A DNA stretch of 24,000 bases from Pseudomonas phage vB_Pa-PAC6. The position numbers were made by a program, and so were the translations under genes. The stretch is from sequence record PP408253.1; one strand, written 5' to 3'. The notes under the pieces are model-generated. The model searched no databases, had not been told where the DNA came from, and saw nothing but the letters and a program-made list of their open reading frames with translations. Positions 15,004-23,386 of this stretch are shown here, in pieces (position 1 is the stretch's first letter; each line of letters starts with the position of its first letter).

Positions 15004-16178
15004 AGCGGTTCTCCGGTGATCTGTTCGCCCAAGGACACGATGGTGTCCATCAGGAAGTTCTGCATGGTGCGGGTTTCATCGTACAGCTGGTGGCGGAGGT
15101 GGATGAACTCCTCAATCAGCGTCCCGGCCAGCATCTTGGTCCCCATCATCAAGGTGCGCTTGCTGATGTAGATTTTGCCCTCGTGAGCCCGGCCCAGGAC
15201 CTCCTCGCCCAGGAACTCGCTGACCATGATCGGGTACTCCTGGACGGCGAAGCCCAGCCGCTCGCAGAAGCCCGCGGCCTTCTCCAGCCGGGTCCGTTCC
15301 AGCTCGCTCAGGCGCATCGGGGTCGCCTCCTCGTGGAGCTGGTCCATGATCCAGACCTGCGAAGCCTTCAGCGCGGAGCGGGACAGCGAGGAGTCGAAGC
15401 TGCGGGCGAGTTCGGAGACGGTCGCCAGGAAGGGCTTGGACGGCTCCACGCCCTCGAACTCCAGCGCATGCTCGAAGGTCGCCTTGGGCGCGGTGACGGC
15501 CTTCTTGATCAGGGGAGCCTGTTGCGACTCGCAGAGCCCGCGGCGGACGGCGGAGCTGATGTCCCAGGACCACTTGATGGTCCGATCCTCCGTCAGGTCC
15601 ACCTTCTTCTGGATGTTGTAGGTGAACTGCGAGGGGTTGTCCAGCCGGTAGGCTCGCACGCCCCGGTAGTACACGAAGTGAGACGGGCCGGGATGGATGT
15701 GGACGGCCTCGTGGCGCTCCAGCGGTTCGGAGGACAGGATGATGTCGGAGCGGGAGGCCCAGACATCCAGGAACTTCTCGCCCCGGACCACAATCACGGT
15801 TTCGTCCGCGGCGACTTCCGGGACCTCGCTGGCCTCGAACACTTCGCCCCGTTCGTCCATCGTGTTGCAGTACAGCTCGCGGAAGGCTTGCCACACTTCC
15901 CAGGTCTTGCCGACCTCCGTGGTGAAGCCCAGACGGCGGTTGTTCATCGTGACCACGTTGAAGTCATCGACCCGGACGCGATCCCGCTTGATGCCGAACT
16001 CCAGCTTGCGCTTCCCGGCGTGAATGGTGATGTCGCAGCCTTCGCGGAGGAGAATGGCGATGGCGTACTTGAGGCCGGTCCCGAAGAAGCCGATGGCCCC
16101 GGGGTTCTCCTTCGAGCTGACCCCGAAGGTGGTGATGGACTTGGGGTCAATGACGCCCTTGTTGCGGAAGATGATCAC
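15000..16178 (-). CDS. GHKL-type ATPase-like protein with C-terminal EExxH zincin-like motif
   Basis: 392 aa from GTG at 16178 (RBS AAAAGGAGTCACAAC-GTG). 'SSKENPGAIGFFGTGLKYAIAILLREGCDITIHAG' (G-box-like), 'AFRELYCNTMDERGE' (N-box-like), C-terminal 'AGTLIEEFIHLRHQLYDETRTMQN'. Confidence 0.6.
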   Translation of the reverse strand: MIIFRNKGVIDPKSITTFGVSSKENPGAIGFFGTGLKYAIAILLREGCDITIHAGKRKLEFGIKRDRVRVDDFNVVTMNNRRLGFTTEVGKTWEVWQAFRELYCNTMDERGEVFEASEVPEVAADETVIVVRGEKFLDVWASRSDIILSSEPLERHEAVHIHPGPSHFVYYRGVRAYRLDNPSQFTYNIQKKVDLTEDRTIKWSWDISSAVRRGLCESQQAPLIKKAVTAPKATFEHALEFEGVEPSKPFLATVSELARSFDSSLSRSALKASQVWIMDQLHEEATPMRLSELERTRLEKAAGFCERLGFAVQEYPIMVSEFLGEEVLGRAHEGKIYISKRTLMMGTKMLAGTLIEEFIHLRHQLYDETRTMQNFLMDTIVSLGEQITGEPL

Positions 16179-16216
16179 GTTGTGACTCCTTTTCTCTGGG
16201 TTGTTGAAACAGAATC

Positions 16217-16582
16217 TTACTCCACCCACACTCGCTCATAGCGGTCCGGGAGGGCTCCACACGATCCGGGGGAGCCGTCCGCGTTCACCACGCGCACGCA
16301 CTCCCGGGTCAGGTAGCTGATATGAACCTCCGGGCGGTCCAGATAGTCCGCAAAGACCCCCGCCAGGCCCCAGAGCAGCAGGACGGCGAAGGCGAGCGGA
16401 GCAGCCCAGCGGGCGTGGTCACACAACCTCGTCAGCGTCCCACGCATAGCCCCGAAGGCGATTGACTTCAAACTCGAATCGCAACGGGCTTCGCGCAGCA
16501 AGTCCTCGTGCGACTTCTTGCGGTTTTGCGCCGCGCGGGATCGGGTGCCCGTGTATGCGGCGGAAGGCTTCTTGTAGCTCAT
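16217..16582 (-). CDS. Small phage membrane protein
   Basis: 121 aa; one hydrophobic segment 'WAAPLAFAVLLLWGLAGVF', then 'ISYLTRECVRVVNADG...CGALPDRYERVWVE'. RBS GAAAGGAGCTGACCCATC-ATG. Confidence 0.7.
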   Translation of the reverse strand: MSYKKPSAAYTGTRSRAAQNRKKSHEDLLREARCDSSLKSIAFGAMRGTLTRLCDHARWAAPLAFAVLLLWGLAGVFADYLDRPEVHISYLTRECVRVVNADGSPGSCGALPDRYERVWVE

Positions 16583-16659
16583 GATGGGTCAGCTCCTTTC
16601 CAATCTCGAATCGCGGTGTCAGTATCTGGGGTTGGTTCATTTCTCAACTCGTGTGAAGA

Positions 16660-16688
16660 AGTATAGTGGGTCAATCCGAAGAAGTAAA
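16660..16688 (-). promoter_or_regulatory. Putative promoter (module copy C)
   Basis: Minus strand TTTACTTCTTCGGATTGACCCACTATACTTCTTC (-35 16683..16688, 17 nt spacer, -10 16660..16665). Confidence 0.78.
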
Positions 16689-16693
16689 GCGGT

Positions 16694-16909
16694 TCAGGTC
16701 AATTCCAGCGCACGGCGGATTTCCCGCCGGACCTGAAGGCGGGCGTTGAGGGCCGCGCGGTGGTCGGAGGAAGTCCGCGAGCACGTCACCATCAGGGGCT
16801 TCCCCCTCACGGTGAAGCGGACCTTGTAGTGTCTCCGGCCCAGCTCCACCGTGTAGGCGATCCCCGCCCCCTCCAGCTCCCGCTTCGTTGCTTCCAGCGT
16901 GTCGCTCAT
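16694..16909 (-). CDS. Small hypothetical phage protein, HicA-like in appearance
   Basis: 71 aa 'LEGAGIAYTVELGRRHYKVRFTVRGKPLMVTCSRTSSDHRAALNARLQVRREIRR'. The fold assignment is uncertain. Confidence 0.55.
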   Translation of the reverse strand: MSDTLEATKRELEGAGIAYTVELGRRHYKVRFTVRGKPLMVTCSRTSSDHRAALNARLQVRREIRRALELT

Positions 16910-16919
16910 GGGGGCGTCC

Positions 16920-19331
16920 TCAGAATGGCGGCTTGTCCGACTTCGGGCCGTCCTTCAGAGGCTCCTGGGTCGGTTCGACCTTGGGCCACTCGAACGGGCC
17001 GCCAAAGTTCTTGTCCCAGTGCGCCCGGACCTGCTCCAGCGGCGGGAGGTGGTACATGTACACGCGCTTCTTGATCATCACCTCGAAGCCGTGTTCATTG
17101 GTCCATGGAATCTCCGCCATTTCCTGCTTCGACTGCGGCCAGCCGTCCGGGAAGGCCCGGGCAAGCCACTTGCCGAAGCCGGTGCGGCTCATGCGGAAGT
17201 TCCGGCCCTGGTCGCGGAGGTCGTTCACGTAGTCGTCATACAAGCTGTCCTTCACCACCTTGTTCCGCCAGTCCTGGTCGGTCTTGAGCAACCGGCCCTC
17301 CCACAGCTTCTCATACATCCACTGGGTTTCCGGCGACATGCTCATGATCTTCTGGTCCTGCAGCGCCCGGGTCTGGGGGACCTGGCGAACCTCGAAGGCG
17401 CTCAGGTCATAGGTCAGGAGGAAGTGGAGCAGGTGCTCAAGTCCTCCGTTGTCCAGATCGTCCTTGATGCGCTTGAAATAGGCGTGGTCCTGCTTGTGGC
17501 CCTCGCCCACCTCCATGACGAAGAACCGGCGTTCATCCAGACCCGCGGGCACCACCCAATCTTCGTTCGAGGCGAGGACCAGGTGGACATAGTTCGGGGC
17601 CGCTTCCGCATCCACGCCCTTGCCCTCGATCACCAGGTGTTCTTCGGTCACGAGGGTCTTGAGCACGCTTTCGTGCTTCTTGTCTCCGGCGAAGAAAGCC
17701 TCATCACCGAACAGCAGGACGGTATCCCGGAGGTGGGCGTTGAAGGAGCCCACCAGGTGCTTCGAGTCGCTGACTTGGAGGTAGTGACGCCCGAACATCG
17801 CGCCCAGGACCTTGGCGAAGAAGGACTTGCCGGTGCCGCGGCGACCGCGGAGGACCACGGCCACTTCGCCCGGGCCGTCCGGGTGCTGGACCATCCGAGC
17901 CATCCACCCGACCAGGTAGTGGTAGTGCTCCGGGTTCCCTGAGCAGACGTTGTCGCGGATGTGGTTCAGGAAGGGCATGTGCTTCTCGCCCGGGAGGGAG
18001 TCGCACGCGAACCCGCGCCAGAGGTTGTAGGCTTCTTCGACCTCCTGGCCGGGGGCAAACACGATGGTCTCATATTGGCGGCGCTGGGGGTGATCAATCC
18101 AGAAGGCTCCCGCGGCCTTCTCGATGGGCTTGCCCTCCTCCGAGTGCCCAACCACTACCTTGATGTGGCGGTAGCGGTTGCGGAAGTCCTCGAAGGACTG
18201 CTTGCTGATTTTGGTCCGCTTCATCGCCGGGTCCCAGACCTCGCTGATGATGCGGCACTTCCCGCCGATGTCCGCGATGACGGCGTGCTTCTCGTTGAGC
18301 TTGCGCAGCCAAGGGTCCACCGCCTCCTCGTGGGCACGTTCGATCTGCCGCAGGGCGTAGCCTTCCCAGTTCGGCTTGTCTCTGACGCTCGCGGCGATTT
18401 CGTTGGAGCCTGTGATCACCGCGAAGATCATTTCATCAGGGACCTCCGCCCGCACGAGGTCGCAGCAGACCTTGAACAGGGCTTCCGACCGGGAGGGGTA
18501 CTTGGTCGGGTCCAGCGGGTCCTGCCCAGTAGCAATCAGCGCCAGTACGTGGTCGCTGATAGCCTTCCCGTGCTCATGGGCCCACTCCCGCAGCTCCTCC
18601 GTCCCGATGTCCGGGACGTTGCCCGTGATCTTCACCTTCGGACGGCCCCCGGCCAGGCCCTGCTCCGCCATCTGGACTCGAACCGCGGGGGTGAATTGTT
18701 CGATGGGGTAGCTGGCCTCATTCCACTCCACGAGACGGGCGAGGGTCGGCTGGCGACCCTTCTTGACCTTCTTCGCGGTGGGCATGTTGATCGTGCCCGG
18801 GAGGCGCATGATGCGGTCCACGTTGTGGCAGTGGTCCGCCTGAAACACCTTCTCCAGCTGGATGTTGTACGCTTCCAGCTCCTGAGCCTTCGCCACCGAT
18901 CCGGCGATGTCCAGCTTGTCGGACGGGTTCAGACGCCAAAAGCCCTGATAGCCCCCGCCCGAGTCGATGATGACCGTGGGCTTGGGCGTGTAGGACTGGA
19001 GCAGCTTCAGAGCCCGCGCCCGCTCCTCCTCGAAGTCCTCCCCGGCTCGCGGGTCGATGTCCACGTGAAGCCAGGCGAGGCGGGCCATGTCCTCCTTCGA
19101 GGCTTTCACGTCCATCGCCCGGCGGACCGGGTTCACGTGGAAGTACAGGTTGCGCTTGCCCTGGTGCCCTTCGATCCACTCCGCGGCTTTCTGCCAGCGG
19201 TCGGGCATGAATGTGACCGTCTCCGTTTTCCCGTCCGGGATGATGGCCGTCAGGACCCACGGCCCCTCCGGGCACCACTTCTTCAGGAAGTCGATTGCGT
19301 CCTTGGTCTTGTGTTTCGGCAGTTCCGCCAT
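16920..19331 (-). CDS. Primase(-polymerase)/SF3-type helicase fusion
   Basis: 803 aa. N-terminus 'ARLAWLHVDIDPR...PTVIIDSGGGYQGFWRL...NVDRIMRLPGTINMPT' (AEP primase style); C-terminus 'VVLRGRRGTGKSFFAKVLGAMFG...LLFGDEAFFAGDKK...LVLASNEDWVVPAGLDERRFFVMEV' (SF3/DUF5906 style). Confidence 0.9.
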   Translation of the reverse strand: MAELPKHKTKDAIDFLKKWCPEGPWVLTAIIPDGKTETVTFMPDRWQKAAEWIEGHQGKRNLYFHVNPVRRAMDVKASKEDMARLAWLHVDIDPRAGEDFEEERARALKLLQSYTPKPTVIIDSGGGYQGFWRLNPSDKLDIAGSVAKAQELEAYNIQLEKVFQADHCHNVDRIMRLPGTINMPTAKKVKKGRQPTLARLVEWNEASYPIEQFTPAVRVQMAEQGLAGGRPKVKITGNVPDIGTEELREWAHEHGKAISDHVLALIATGQDPLDPTKYPSRSEALFKVCCDLVRAEVPDEMIFAVITGSNEIAASVRDKPNWEGYALRQIERAHEEAVDPWLRKLNEKHAVIADIGGKCRIISEVWDPAMKRTKISKQSFEDFRNRYRHIKVVVGHSEEGKPIEKAAGAFWIDHPQRRQYETIVFAPGQEVEEAYNLWRGFACDSLPGEKHMPFLNHIRDNVCSGNPEHYHYLVGWMARMVQHPDGPGEVAVVLRGRRGTGKSFFAKVLGAMFGRHYLQVSDSKHLVGSFNAHLRDTVLLFGDEAFFAGDKKHESVLKTLVTEEHLVIEGKGVDAEAAPNYVHLVLASNEDWVVPAGLDERRFFVMEVGEGHKQDHAYFKRIKDDLDNGGLEHLLHFLLTYDLSAFEVRQVPQTRALQDQKIMSMSPETQWMYEKLWEGRLLKTDQDWRNKVVKDSLYDDYVNDLRDQGRNFRMSRTGFGKWLARAFPDGWPQSKQEMAEIPWTNEHGFEVMIKKRVYMYHLPPLEQVRAHWDKNFGGPFEWPKVEPTQEPLKDGPKSDKPPF

Positions 19332-19343
19332 TTCCGATCCCCC

Positions 19344-19670
19344 TCAAAAGCCCCAATATTCACGAAGGCGCTCAACCGGCGCTTTCCCGTCCTCCATCTG
19401 GATGACCCAGAGGCGAGTGCAGCCCAGAGCGGCGGCGATTTCGCGCTGGGTCTTACCCGAGCGGCGGCGGAACAGCAAGCAGACCTCGTGGGGCTTCAGT
19501 TGTCCGAGGTGCTGGCGCGGTTGATCGTCCAGGCGGCGGTCCGCTTCCCATTCACGGTAGCGGTCCGGGTGCACCCCGTACTCCTTCGCGGCCTCAATCT
19601 GATTGAGGCCCTTGCGGCGGCGGTGTAGCAGTAGGCTTTCGCCTTTGGTTGGTGTCACTGTAGCAGACAT
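19344..19670 (-). CDS. Small protein with two tandem XRE/HTH-like segments
   Basis: 108 aa from MSATVTPTKG (RBS CAAGGAGATTTGTAC-ATG). 'LLLHRRRKGLNQIEAAKEYGVHPDRYREWEAD' and 'VCLLFRRRSGKTQREIAAALGCTRLWVIQMEDGK'. Confidence 0.7.
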   Translation of the reverse strand: MSATVTPTKGESLLLHRRRKGLNQIEAAKEYGVHPDRYREWEADRRLDDQPRQHLGQLKPHEVCLLFRRRSGKTQREIAAALGCTRLWVIQMEDGKAPVERLREYWGF

Positions 19671-20053
19671 GTACAAATCTCCTTGGTTCTTGGAAGGCGT
19701 GTCCAACGTGCGACACAGACCTCATACAGACGTTCTCGCGGAACCCGGCCCAGCATAGCAGCGGCCACCGCTCCGTCGAATAGCAACCACTCCGTCTCCC
19801 CGACCTTCAGCAGGAGGAAGGCCCGTCCCCCGGCCTTGCGGCGACGGGTCAGCCAGGTCCTCTGCTGGCGGGTGAAGTGGTCCACTCGAAGCGGTCCGCC
19901 CCTGGGCGGCCAGCGTTCAGCGAACTTCAATTCAATCCAGCCCTGGTTGTAGTTCACATCCGGGGTCCCGGGCACAATGGGGTTCTCCACGCGCACCGGG
20001 TCCAGCGACCGGATGACGGGGCGGAGGGAGTCCCACATTGCGGCTTCAGACAT
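19655..20053 (-). CDS. VRR-NUC / PD-(D/E)XK family nuclease
   Basis: 132 aa; 'ENPIVPGTPDVNYNQGWIELKFAERWP' matches the VRR-NUC catalytic motif GxPD...ExK, followed by 'RVDHFTRQQRTWL...AGGRAFLLLKV'. Confidence 0.8.
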   Translation of the reverse strand: MSEAAMWDSLRPVIRSLDPVRVENPIVPGTPDVNYNQGWIELKFAERWPPRGGPLRVDHFTRQQRTWLTRRRKAGGRAFLLLKVGETEWLLFDGAVAAAMLGRVPRERLYEVCVARWTRLPRTKEICTCLLQ

Positions 20054-20507
20054 CTACCCACCTCACTTCGATGTTGTAACGGCGGGCGACTTCCAAAGCC
20101 TCATCAATGCGTTGATTCCACTCAGCAACCCACCCCGGATCGCGGCCCGAGTAGTCGATGCCCGGGAAGGCGACCCGCTTCACGCCCGCCTTCCCCGCGG
20201 CCTCCATACAGTTCGGACAGCAGGGGAAAGAAGTATAGAGCGTGAAGCCAGTCGCAGGCGAGCCCAGAAAGTTGAGTGCGTTGACCTCTGCGTGAACAAC
20301 GTGCTGGTATTTGTACCCGCGGTCAGCGTACAACTCCGGCGAGTCATCGTGCCCGGGCGGGAAGCCGTTGAACCCGGTCGAAGCCACGCTGTTGTTGGGC
20401 CGAACCAGGACGGCTCCGACCTTCGTGGAAGGGTCCTTGCTCCAGCCCGCGACGTGTTGGGCCAGCCCAACATAGCGGCGGTCCCAGCGGTCTTGACGTT
20501 CGCTCAT
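20046..20507 (-). CDS. dCMP/deoxycytidylate deaminase-like protein
   Basis: 153 aa; 'YVGLAQHVAGWSKDPSTKVGAVLV...HAEVNAL...TLYTSFPCCPNCMEAAGKAGVKRV' has the HAE and PCxxC zinc-binding motifs. Confidence 0.92.
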   Translation of the reverse strand: MSERQDRWDRRYVGLAQHVAGWSKDPSTKVGAVLVRPNNSVASTGFNGFPPGHDDSPELYADRGYKYQHVVHAEVNALNFLGSPATGFTLYTSFPCCPNCMEAAGKAGVKRVAFPGIDYSGRDPGWVAEWNQRIDEALEVARRYNIEVRWVDV

Positions 20508-20698
20508 TTCACCTCCTCCTTCAGCAAAACCTTCTGGGCGACGTTCCCGAGGAAGTAACCGCCCAGCAGGAGCCAGGTCAAGGACTCGAAGGCGTCCACC
20601 GGCAACTTGCCCACGTACAGGAGCCAGACCAGGACCGCCTCCCAGATCATCGCCGCCCAGAACTTCCGGGAGGTCCAGCGCACGGCGATGTCGTTCAT
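20504..20698 (-). CDS. Small membrane protein (possible holin-like)
   Basis: 64 aa from MNDIAVRWTSRKFWAAMIWEAVLVWLLYVGKLPVDAFESLTWLLLGGYFLGNVAQK; two hydrophobic helices. Confidence 0.6.
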   Translation of the reverse strand: MNDIAVRWTSRKFWAAMIWEAVLVWLLYVGKLPVDAFESLTWLLLGGYFLGNVAQKVLLKEEVK

Positions 20699-21009
20699 AT
20701 CAGCCCCTTCTCGTTGGCGATCCATTCGGTGACCGTCAGGGTCGCTGTGCGGCCCTTCTTCTCGACCGCGCGGACCTGTGACTTGGGCATCCAGACTTCC
20801 TCCTCACCGCCGTGGTCGATGAGGTATGCCTTGTCTGTCTCGCGCTTGATGACCACTTCGAGGTCCACGGTGTTGTCGTTGCTGCGGCGCATATCGTTCT
20901 CCAGGGGTTCGCCCCGGACTTCCTCCGGGGTCAGGCGGGTACACTTTGCGCAGCGTGCATCCGCAAACAAGTAAGTGACCTGCGCGTCACATTGATAGCA
21001 GAACTTCAT
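20695..21009 (-). CDS. Hypothetical zinc-ribbon-like protein
   Basis: 104 aa from MKFCYQCDAQVTYLFADARCAKCTRL (two CxxC). Start overlaps the polymerase stop (ATGA). Confidence 0.65.
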   Translation of the reverse strand: MKFCYQCDAQVTYLFADARCAKCTRLTPEEVRGEPLENDMRRSNDNTVDLEVVIKRETDKAYLIDHGGEEEVWMPKSQVRAVEKKGRTATLTVTEWIANEKGLI

Positions 21010-23000
21010 GATGGTGGGTTTCCGTCCCAGCCCATGGAATGACCCCAGCTCTGCCCAATCTCCACGTCCACCTTTGACGGGAGTTCGAGCGGCGTGCACG
21101 TCCTCATGATGTGGGCGGCTTCCGCGGCCTCCTTCATGTCGTGTACGCTGAAGGCGATCTCATCGTGGACCTGGATGATGATGTCCAGTCCGGCTTCCGC
21201 GCAGGCCACCATCGCCATCTTGGTCTGGTCCGCGGAGGAGCCCTGAATCAGCCGGTTCAGTCCCTTGTGGGTCCAGTCATAGTTCCCGTCCTTGTCCTTC
21301 GGGAAGCGGCAACGGCGACCGCTCAGGGTCGTGATGTAGCCCACGGCCTTCGCCCGGGCTTCGCAAGCCTTCGCCAGCTTCTTGATGAACGGCACCTTGT
21401 GGTCGAAGGTGTCCAGGAGGGCCTGACCCTCCGGCCCCGCGGCCTCGAACCTCCGCGCCCCTTCCGCGACCAGGCGCTGACCCTCCGGGCTGTTCACGTC
21501 GAACAGCTGGAAGCGGGGGCCACGCACGGCCATCATAGTCGGGAGCCCGAGCTTGCGGCACATCTTCGCCCCGCCCATCCCGTAGGACAGGCCCAGGTAG
21601 ATTTCCTTGGCGTCCTTGCGCTTGATCCCCGCCATGTCCGCCATCATCTGGTGGTTGTCGGTGTTCGGGTCGTTGCGGTACTTGTCCCGGGCTTCGATTG
21701 CGGACAGCCAGGCTTGGTGCCCAATCAGGTCCTTCGCCAAGCAGGCGTAGTGGACCGCCATGCGCGGCTCCTGCTGGCTGTAGTCGTTGGACGCCCAGTG
21801 TTGGCCTTCCTCCGGGAGGTAGATGGCCCGCCACATCATGGCGAACTCATCCCGAGCCGGTTGCTGCTGGAGGTTCGGGTGTTCGCTGGACAGTCGCCCG
21901 TAGGCAGCGCCCGCGGTCCCGTCGCTTTCGTCATCCTTCTGGCGGCGGAGCTGGTTGAACGTCCCGTGGAGGCGACCGTTCACCATGTGGTCCCGGACGG
22001 AGCTGGCGAAGGTCGTGCGCAGCTTGTTCACCTTCCGGGCGCGTTCGAGGAGGTCCGCCACGGGGTGGTCGATTGAGCCCAGCAGCTCCTTGTCGATGTT
22101 GGGCTTGCCCTGGGAGGTCTTGTTCAGCTTGATGCCGATGTGTTCGAGGGCGGGGGCGATCACCTCCGGCTTCCAGACATCGCCCACGGCGATCCGGTGG
22201 CCGGTGATCGACCGGACTTGGGCCAGGGCCTCCGTCTCCTTCTCCAGCGCCCAACGCTCAATCATGTCCAAGCGGTCGCAGTCGATTCGGACGCCCCGGC
22301 GGCGAAGGCCCGTGAGGATCGGGAGCAGCTTGGACTCCAGGTTGTACACGCCCCAGAGGTCCTGCTCATCAATCTCCCGCTCCTGACGGCGGAGGATGTT
22401 CAGAGGCAGGCGCGTGTCCTCCTCCGCGTACTTCCCGACAAACTTGGCCGGGAGCATCCACATGTCCTTCTTCGGGTCAATCCCATAATCGACCGCGGCG
22501 GCGCGCAGCAGGGCTTCGTCCTTGCCGTGGAAGCCCCACCGCTCCGCGATAGCTTGCATGCTGTAGCTGTCGTGGAGTTCGCAGATCAGCGGGTCAGCGA
22601 TCTGGATGTCACGGAAGTAGCGGACCCGCTCGAACTCGATGCCGTCCCCGGCGAGGAAGTCCAGGTCATACGGGAGGTTGGCCCCCACGAGGTCGCCGGT
22701 GAACACCTTTGCCTGGGCGCGGAGGTAGGCCAGCACGCCCTCCAGCGGGAGGTTGCCCCCGCCTTCGTGTCTGATGGGCAAGTACCCGCCCGGGCCGTCC
22801 TCGATTGCGAAGCTGATGCCGGTGATGTAGCTGTTCGGGCGACGGCCCGCCCCCGGTCCGAGTTTGCGCAGGTCCGGGTCCCGCGTCTCGCAGTCGATGG
22901 CGACCCGCTTGGCCCCCTCCCACGAGGGGAGGGTGTTGAGGTCCGGGGCCACCCAGTCGCTGGAGACGGTCGTGAACAGGGGTGGTTGGAGGTATGACAT
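21006..23000 (-). CDS. polA: Family A DNA polymerase with 3'-5' exonuclease domain
   Basis: 664 aa. Exo motifs 'AIDCETR', 'GANLPYDLDFL', 'YAEEDTRLPL'; pol motifs A 'ASNDYSQQEPRMAVHYA', B 'RKDAKEIYLGLSYG', C 'VHDEIAF'. Confidence 0.95.
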   Translation of the reverse strand: MSYLQPPLFTTVSSDWVAPDLNTLPSWEGAKRVAIDCETRDPDLRKLGPGAGRRPNSYITGISFAIEDGPGGYLPIRHEGGGNLPLEGVLAYLRAQAKVFTGDLVGANLPYDLDFLAGDGIEFERVRYFRDIQIADPLICELHDSYSMQAIAERWGFHGKDEALLRAAAVDYGIDPKKDMWMLPAKFVGKYAEEDTRLPLNILRRQEREIDEQDLWGVYNLESKLLPILTGLRRRGVRIDCDRLDMIERWALEKETEALAQVRSITGHRIAVGDVWKPEVIAPALEHIGIKLNKTSQGKPNIDKELLGSIDHPVADLLERARKVNKLRTTFASSVRDHMVNGRLHGTFNQLRRQKDDESDGTAGAAYGRLSSEHPNLQQQPARDEFAMMWRAIYLPEEGQHWASNDYSQQEPRMAVHYACLAKDLIGHQAWLSAIEARDKYRNDPNTDNHQMMADMAGIKRKDAKEIYLGLSYGMGGAKMCRKLGLPTMMAVRGPRFQLFDVNSPEGQRLVAEGARRFEAAGPEGQALLDTFDHKVPFIKKLAKACEARAKAVGYITTLSGRRCRFPKDKDGNYDWTHKGLNRLIQGSSADQTKMAMVACAEAGLDIIIQVHDEIAFSVHDMKEAAEAAHIMRTCTPLELPSKVDVEIGQSWGHSMGWDGNPPS

Positions 23001-23386
23001 CAGGCTCCGACCTCCGCAATCATCTTGCGCAGGAGGTTCAGGGCCGCGGTCAGCTCCGGGTCGGACTCCCAGAAGGTGAGGATGCGGACCACTTCGGCTT
23101 CGTCCTCCGTCAGCCCGTTCGCGGCGGCGAAGGCGTCCGGGGTAATGACCACGGGGGCGGAGCGGGGCAGCAGGACCCCGTTGCGGTACAGGTCCTGGAC
23201 CTTCTCCACGTAGTGGATCGCCTTCTCAAGGTCCTGGCGCGGGTCCTCGTGCTTCTTGCGGTTGCGGGTCGCGTACTTGGTCGCGCAGCCTTCGGTGTAG
23301 CGGAGGCCGTTCAGCTCCACGTAGTCCCAGTGTTGGACGGGCGAGCGGTAGTGCTCACCGCCCACTTGCTTTTCGTTCACGCTCAT
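23000..23386 (-). CDS. DUF3310-like phage protein with C-terminal extension
   Basis: 'GGEHYRSPVQHWDYVELNGLRYTEGCATKYATRNRKKHEDPRQDLEKAIHYVEKV' is the DUF3310 signature. Confidence 0.8.
   Translation of the reverse strand: MSVNEKQVGGEHYRSPVQHWDYVELNGLRYTEGCATKYATRNRKKHEDPRQDLEKAIHYVEKVQDLYRNGVLLPRSAPVVITPDAFAAANGLTEDEAEVVRILTFWESDPELTAALNLLRKMIAEVGA

Noticed and set aside
16419-16640. Minus-strand 73 aa ORF MNQPQILTPRFEIG...
   Set aside because: Overlaps the better-supported membrane protein gene (16217..16582) by ~160 nt and has a weak RBS. Retained only as a possible leader ORF just after promoter copy C.
16899-19628. Plus-strand ORFs 16899..17942 and 17961..19628
   Set aside because: Lie entirely opposite the primase/helicase gene, with no recognisable motifs or convincing RBS.
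20232-20237. TATACTTCTTTC match resembling the -10 part of the promoter module
   Set aside because: Lies inside the dCMP deaminase coding sequence and there is no TTTACTTCTTCGG block 17 nt upstream.
20714-22997. Plus-strand ORFs opposite the DNA polymerase (e.g. 21111..22076, 22140..22997)
   Set aside because: Antisense artefacts of high GC third positions. The minus strand encodes a complete family A polymerase.
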